A DNA stretch of 64,000 bases from Candidatus Bathyarchaeota archaeon. GTDB lineage: Archaea > Thermoproteota > Bathyarchaeia > Bathyarchaeales > Bathycorpusculaceae. Location of the stretch: the NCBI GenBank assembly GCA_963733095.1, contig CAVTBV010000013.1, positions 160,001 to 224,000 of the forward strand, in the 5' to 3' direction. Within the stretch, counting starts at the first letter, position 1; each line of letters opens with the position of its first letter. Positions 60,608-64,000 of this stretch are shown one piece after another. Under the pieces are notes generated by a model. It had not been told where the DNA came from. It did no database searches and was given only the letters and a program-made list of their open reading frames with translations. The position numbers and the translations under genes were made by a program.

Positions 60608-62197
60608 TTGGAGAAGGTTTACAGTTTGAAGAGAATATGGACTGCTGTATTAGCAGTACTTCTGTTCAGTTCTTTAGCATTCACATTAACTCCACAAACA
60701 GGAAGTGGAGCAAACGAATATACAATTTTGTGGACCAACATCTATGGCAATCCAGTAAACCAAACCTGCTATGACCTATTACAAACTAGCGATGGAGGCT
60801 ACGTTTTGCAATCATCAAATAGCTCATTTCTGTATGGCCAACCCGTTTCCACACAACAAGCGTTAGCTCTCAAGACTGATTCTTCTGGAAATTTGCTTTG
60901 GACTAAGAGTCTCCCTGCGGGTAATTATCGAGGATTAGATGGTTTTGGCATAATTCAGACGTCAGATGATGGGTTAGTTTTTGGTTATAATTCTGGCGCA
61001 CCCCAAACGGTCATGTGTTCTATAATAAAAACAGGCGGTGATGGAAACCTGATTGGGCAAAACACAACTGCTTATTGTGCTGCTAATTTTCTTAGTCAAT
61101 CAATTGATGGCGGATTAATTTATGGAGGGTACTTTTGGATTTCTGGGTTGGTAACTTATCCTTGGCTAAACAAGACTGGTTCTTCGGGCAATCCAATATG
61201 GGAAAAAACATACACAAGCTACAATACATCAGCAGACGGTTCACGGCTTAACAGCATATCTCAATTTAACGACGGAGGATACGCTTTATTTGGACAAAGC
61301 GCTGGGCCGAATGGGTTACTAATTAAAATAGATTCCAACGGGAATGAACTCTGGTATAAAATATACACAATTTTCAAGAACTTCGGCTCATCCATTGCCA
61401 CTACTGATGGTGGTTTCTTAGTTTCCAACGAACCAGGTCTAACTGTTTCAAGCGGTCTACCGGGACTTGTTAAGCTTGATTCTTCTGGAAACATTCAATG
61501 GAACCAAACATATGGAATCAATATTTCTTCATTTGTTCAGACAGATGATGACGGCTATCTTGTTATAGGAGGTAACACCCTATTGAAGTTGGATTCTTCA
61601 GGAAACAGTCAGTGGTCTTACTCATTTACAGGCTCAAGCCTTTCAAGCATAATTAAAAGCAATGACGGAAATTATGCAATCGCAGGAAGCTACTCAAGTG
61701 GAGCAAATACTTACTCGTGGCTAACAAAGATTTCTTTGACGCCAACTCCTACACCCACACCCAGTCCAAGTCCTACGCCAACGCCTTCTCCATCTCCGTC
61801 ACCAAGCCCTACGCCTACATTTTCGCCCAGTCCTACTCCAACAATCTCTCCAACTCCAACGCCAACACCTTCTCCGTCACCAAGCCCTACGCCTGCATTT
61901 TCGCCCAGTCCTACTCCAACAATCTCTGCAACGCCTTCGCCTTCTCCAACACCCTCCGGTACTCCTACGACGACCGTAACATCAACACCTAGTCAAGAAC
62001 CAGCGACAACAATGTCGCCAACATCAACATTCATTCCAACCCCGGTGCCTCCCACCTCAACAACAGAAACAATCAATCCAACAGGCATACCCCAAGGCGT
62101 AACATATGGAATAATAGTCGTAGCATTCGTAGCATTAACCGCCTTAGCAGTGTTATTTCTGAGGTTGAGGAAAAAATCAGTAGCTACCGTCAATTAA
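60608..62197 (+). CDS. Secreted beta-propeller surface protein with PT/PS linker and C-terminal TM
   Basis: Repeated QTxDGGY...KxDSSGNxxW blades. Confidence 0.85.
   Translation: MEKVYSLKRIWTAVLAVLLFSSLAFTLTPQTGSGANEYTILWTNIYGNPVNQTCYDLLQTSDGGYVLQSSNSSFLYGQPVSTQQALALKTDSSGNLLWTKSLPAGNYRGLDGFGIIQTSDDGLVFGYNSGAPQTVMCSIIKTGGDGNLIGQNTTAYCAANFLSQSIDGGLIYGGYFWISGLVTYPWLNKTGSSGNPIWEKTYTSYNTSADGSRLNSISQFNDGGYALFGQSAGPNGLLIKIDSNGNELWYKIYTIFKNFGSSIATTDGGFLVSNEPGLTVSSGLPGLVKLDSSGNIQWNQTYGINISSFVQTDDDGYLVIGGNTLLKLDSSGNSQWSYSFTGSSLSSIIKSNDGNYAIAGSYSSGANTYSWLTKISLTPTPTPTPSPSPTPTPSPSPSPSPTPTFSPSPTPTISPTPTPTPSPSPSPTPAFSPSPTPTISATPSPSPTPSGTPTTTVTSTPSQEPATTMSPTSTFIPTPVPPTSTTETINPTGIPQGVTYGIIVVAFVALTALAVLFLRLRKKSVATVN
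61796..61927 (+). repeat. Intragenic 78-bp-period duplication encoding [19 protein letters not shown]
   Basis: CCGTCACCAAGCCCTACGCCTRCATTTTCGCCCAGTCCTACTCCAACAATCTCT occurs twice. Confidence 0.85.
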
Positions 62198-62282
62198 GCT
62201 TATTTTTAATTCAGATTCAAACGTCGTAAACCATACTAACTTGAACGCTAAAGAATGATGACCTGACGCAACAACGTCTGAA

Positions 62283-62522
62283 GTGCATAGTATGTCCGCA
62301 GGTTATCGAGACGCTTTCCACGTCGTCGGAATTTCAACACTAATAGGCTCCGTACTGATGATGAGCTGGATATTCTACGACATATCAACACAAGGATACT
62401 TCATTATAGGCGAAAACAACCCTTTCATTAGATGCATAGAAAGCGGACTAGTTGGTTTCAGTGTTATCTACGTATTTTACTTGTTTGCAATGTTTGTGAA
62501 GAAGAAAAACGTAACCCTTTAG
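62283..62522 (+). CDS. Small two-TM hypothetical protein
   Basis: QGYF..GENNPFI...E. Confidence 0.6.
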   Translation: MHSMSAGYRDAFHVVGISTLIGSVLMMSWIFYDISTQGYFIIGENNPFIRCIESGLVGFSVIYVFYLFAMFVKKKNVTL

Positions 62523-62552
62523 GAATTGTACTCGTTGCCTGAGGTGTTTTGT
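62511..62552 (-). repeat. Dispersed repeat, inverted degenerate copy 5
   Basis: Reverse complement reads ACAAAACACCTCAGGCAACGAGTACAATTCCTAAAGGGTTAC. Confidence 0.8.
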
Positions 62553-62654
62553 TTGAGAATTGTTTATCCGTTGTTCAGTTGTGGGTGTGGACACATGATT
62601 AATAATGCTTATTAAGACATAAGACACACGATGTTCTAACGAGGGGGATAAAAT

Positions 62655-63113
62655 ACGCAAAAAATAAAACTCTCCGTCACAGCATCAATACTAGCTTTAG
62701 TTCTAATAGCCACAGTTTTAACAGTCACAACTTTTGCAGCTATAACCACATCTCAAAACCTGTCATCCAATGGCAGAATCTCCACATCAGCAAACTTGGG
62801 GGTCTATTCCAACAGCGCCTGCACCACACCATTAACCACCATAAATTGGGGGAATTTAACCGCCGGAGCAACCATCAACCAAACAATATACATTAAAAAC
62901 ATCGGTAGCGGGCTCTCACTTGCTTTAAGCATGGGGACTACAAGCTGGACTCCAGCAAGCGCAAACGGGCCAATTACCTTAACATGGAATCAAGAAGGCA
63001 CAAGACTAAATCCGAACCAATCAGTAGCCGCAACCCTGACACTGACAGTTTCCTCAGGTATAAATGACGTTACAAACTTCAGTGTACAAATAAACATCGC
63101 CGGCACAAACTAA
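62655..63113 (+). CDS. Small secreted protein; signal peptide requires an ACG (or ATA) start
   Basis: SD GAGGGGG at 62641-62647, then ACG CAA AAA ATA...ASILALVLIATVL...LGVYSNSACT. Confidence 0.7.
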   Translation, partial: TQKIKLSVTASILALVLIATVLTVTTFAAITTSQNLSSNGRISTSANLGVYSNSACTTPLTTINWGNLTAGATINQTIYIKNIGSGLSLALSMGTTSWTPASANGPITLTWNQEGTRLNPNQSVAATLTLTVSSGINDVTNFSVQINIAGTN

Positions 63114-63465
63114 ACAAAAATTCCTACCCTTTTTCATTTAACTTATCTAAATTTTCTTGTTTTGAATTCACGCCCCTTTTACGATTGCAGAAAAATTGTT
63201 AAGCATACTCTTCTGCAAGTTGTTTTTGACATTCAGCCCAAAGTATGCTTGATGCAAAAACAGAGCCACTAATTATAACAATTATAACTAGACGGAATGG
63301 TAATAGTTTTAAGCTGTTTGACGGACTTGGGCAGACATTTTGACCTAATTGGCATTTGTATTATTAACTAAGGCAAAGCTGGAGTTCCGGGAAAATTTGA
63401 ACAAAGAACAATAATGCCAAATACTTTAAGAGCTAAAAGAACCAATATTCTTTTGGGGAGTTATT

Positions 63466-63795
63466 GTGCAAATAAGCAAAGCCTTATTTGATTTACTCGA
63501 TGCCCTCAAAGAAAGCGTTATCGCTTTAGATTCAGAAATGAACATTACTTATGTCAATAATTCACAGGCTGCCATTTTAGACAGTAAGCCAGCTCAAATA
63601 ATTGGAAAGAACATTTACGAAATTGCTCCACAAATCGCCGAAAAAATTCTTAATCAGAAAATTCTTAAAACAATCACCAGACAAGAAATTACAAGCGTCG
63701 AATGGTAAAGTGGTTACAATACTGACTTATGGCGAACAACCATTTTCCCTACAGATGATGGCATAGCAATGATAAGCCGTACGGTTAGAAGTTAG
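63466..63795 (+). pseudogene. Stand-alone PAS domain with internal TAA
   Basis: IALDSEMNITYVN...IIGKNIYE...EW*SGYNTDLWRTTIFPTDDGIAMISR. Confidence 0.7.
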
Positions 63796-64000
63796 AGAAT
63801 AAAAATAAGTGAAATGCATCAACCAACTCAAATGCCAAAGAGTACTCTCTAAAAGTTTATAACTAGAAGCAACGATACAACATAGGACTCAAAATGAGTG
63901 AAGAAACAACTGGTAAAAAAATACTTTGCCCTAAGGCTGGGACGGCGACATCATCCCATAAGGAATCAACATAGTCCCACTGCTTAGGTTTTGTTCCTTA

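Noticed and set aside
63706-63708. Stop-codon readthrough in the PAS gene (also the Lrp gene near 16345)
   Set aside because: The stops are TAA, not TAG/TGA, and lie in regions rich in decayed genes.

Overview
Archaeal chromosome segment. Gene content and style (eL13/eL15, Pop5/Rpp30, a second EF-2, PEF-CTERM and Ig-like surface proteins, BHB tRNA introns) fit Bathyarchaeia; this assignment is an inference. Left end (1-3.6 kb): the edge of an element integrated at tRNA-Ala(GGC), with an int(N)-like ORF reading antisense into the tRNA and an AT-rich DUF4062-like/NACHT gene missed by the ORF track. Next is a complete IS110 element whose non-coding end shows a readable bridge RNA; its target- and donor-binding guides match the element's own junctions. 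Middle: mostly housekeeping genes (CheB/CheR-PAS kinase, ADH, ino1, PGI/PMI, rpl12, LipS1-like radical SAM, P-type ATPase, EF-2 paralogue, ABC transporters, tRNA-Trp with two introns, RNase P proteins, rpl13e/rpl15e) and a type IV pilus-like locus with clustered +1 frameshifts. Right end (55.8-64 kb): an accessory patch of small genes and pseudogenes separated by an unexplained ~72-bp repeat with inverted ends and an invariant 19-bp core.
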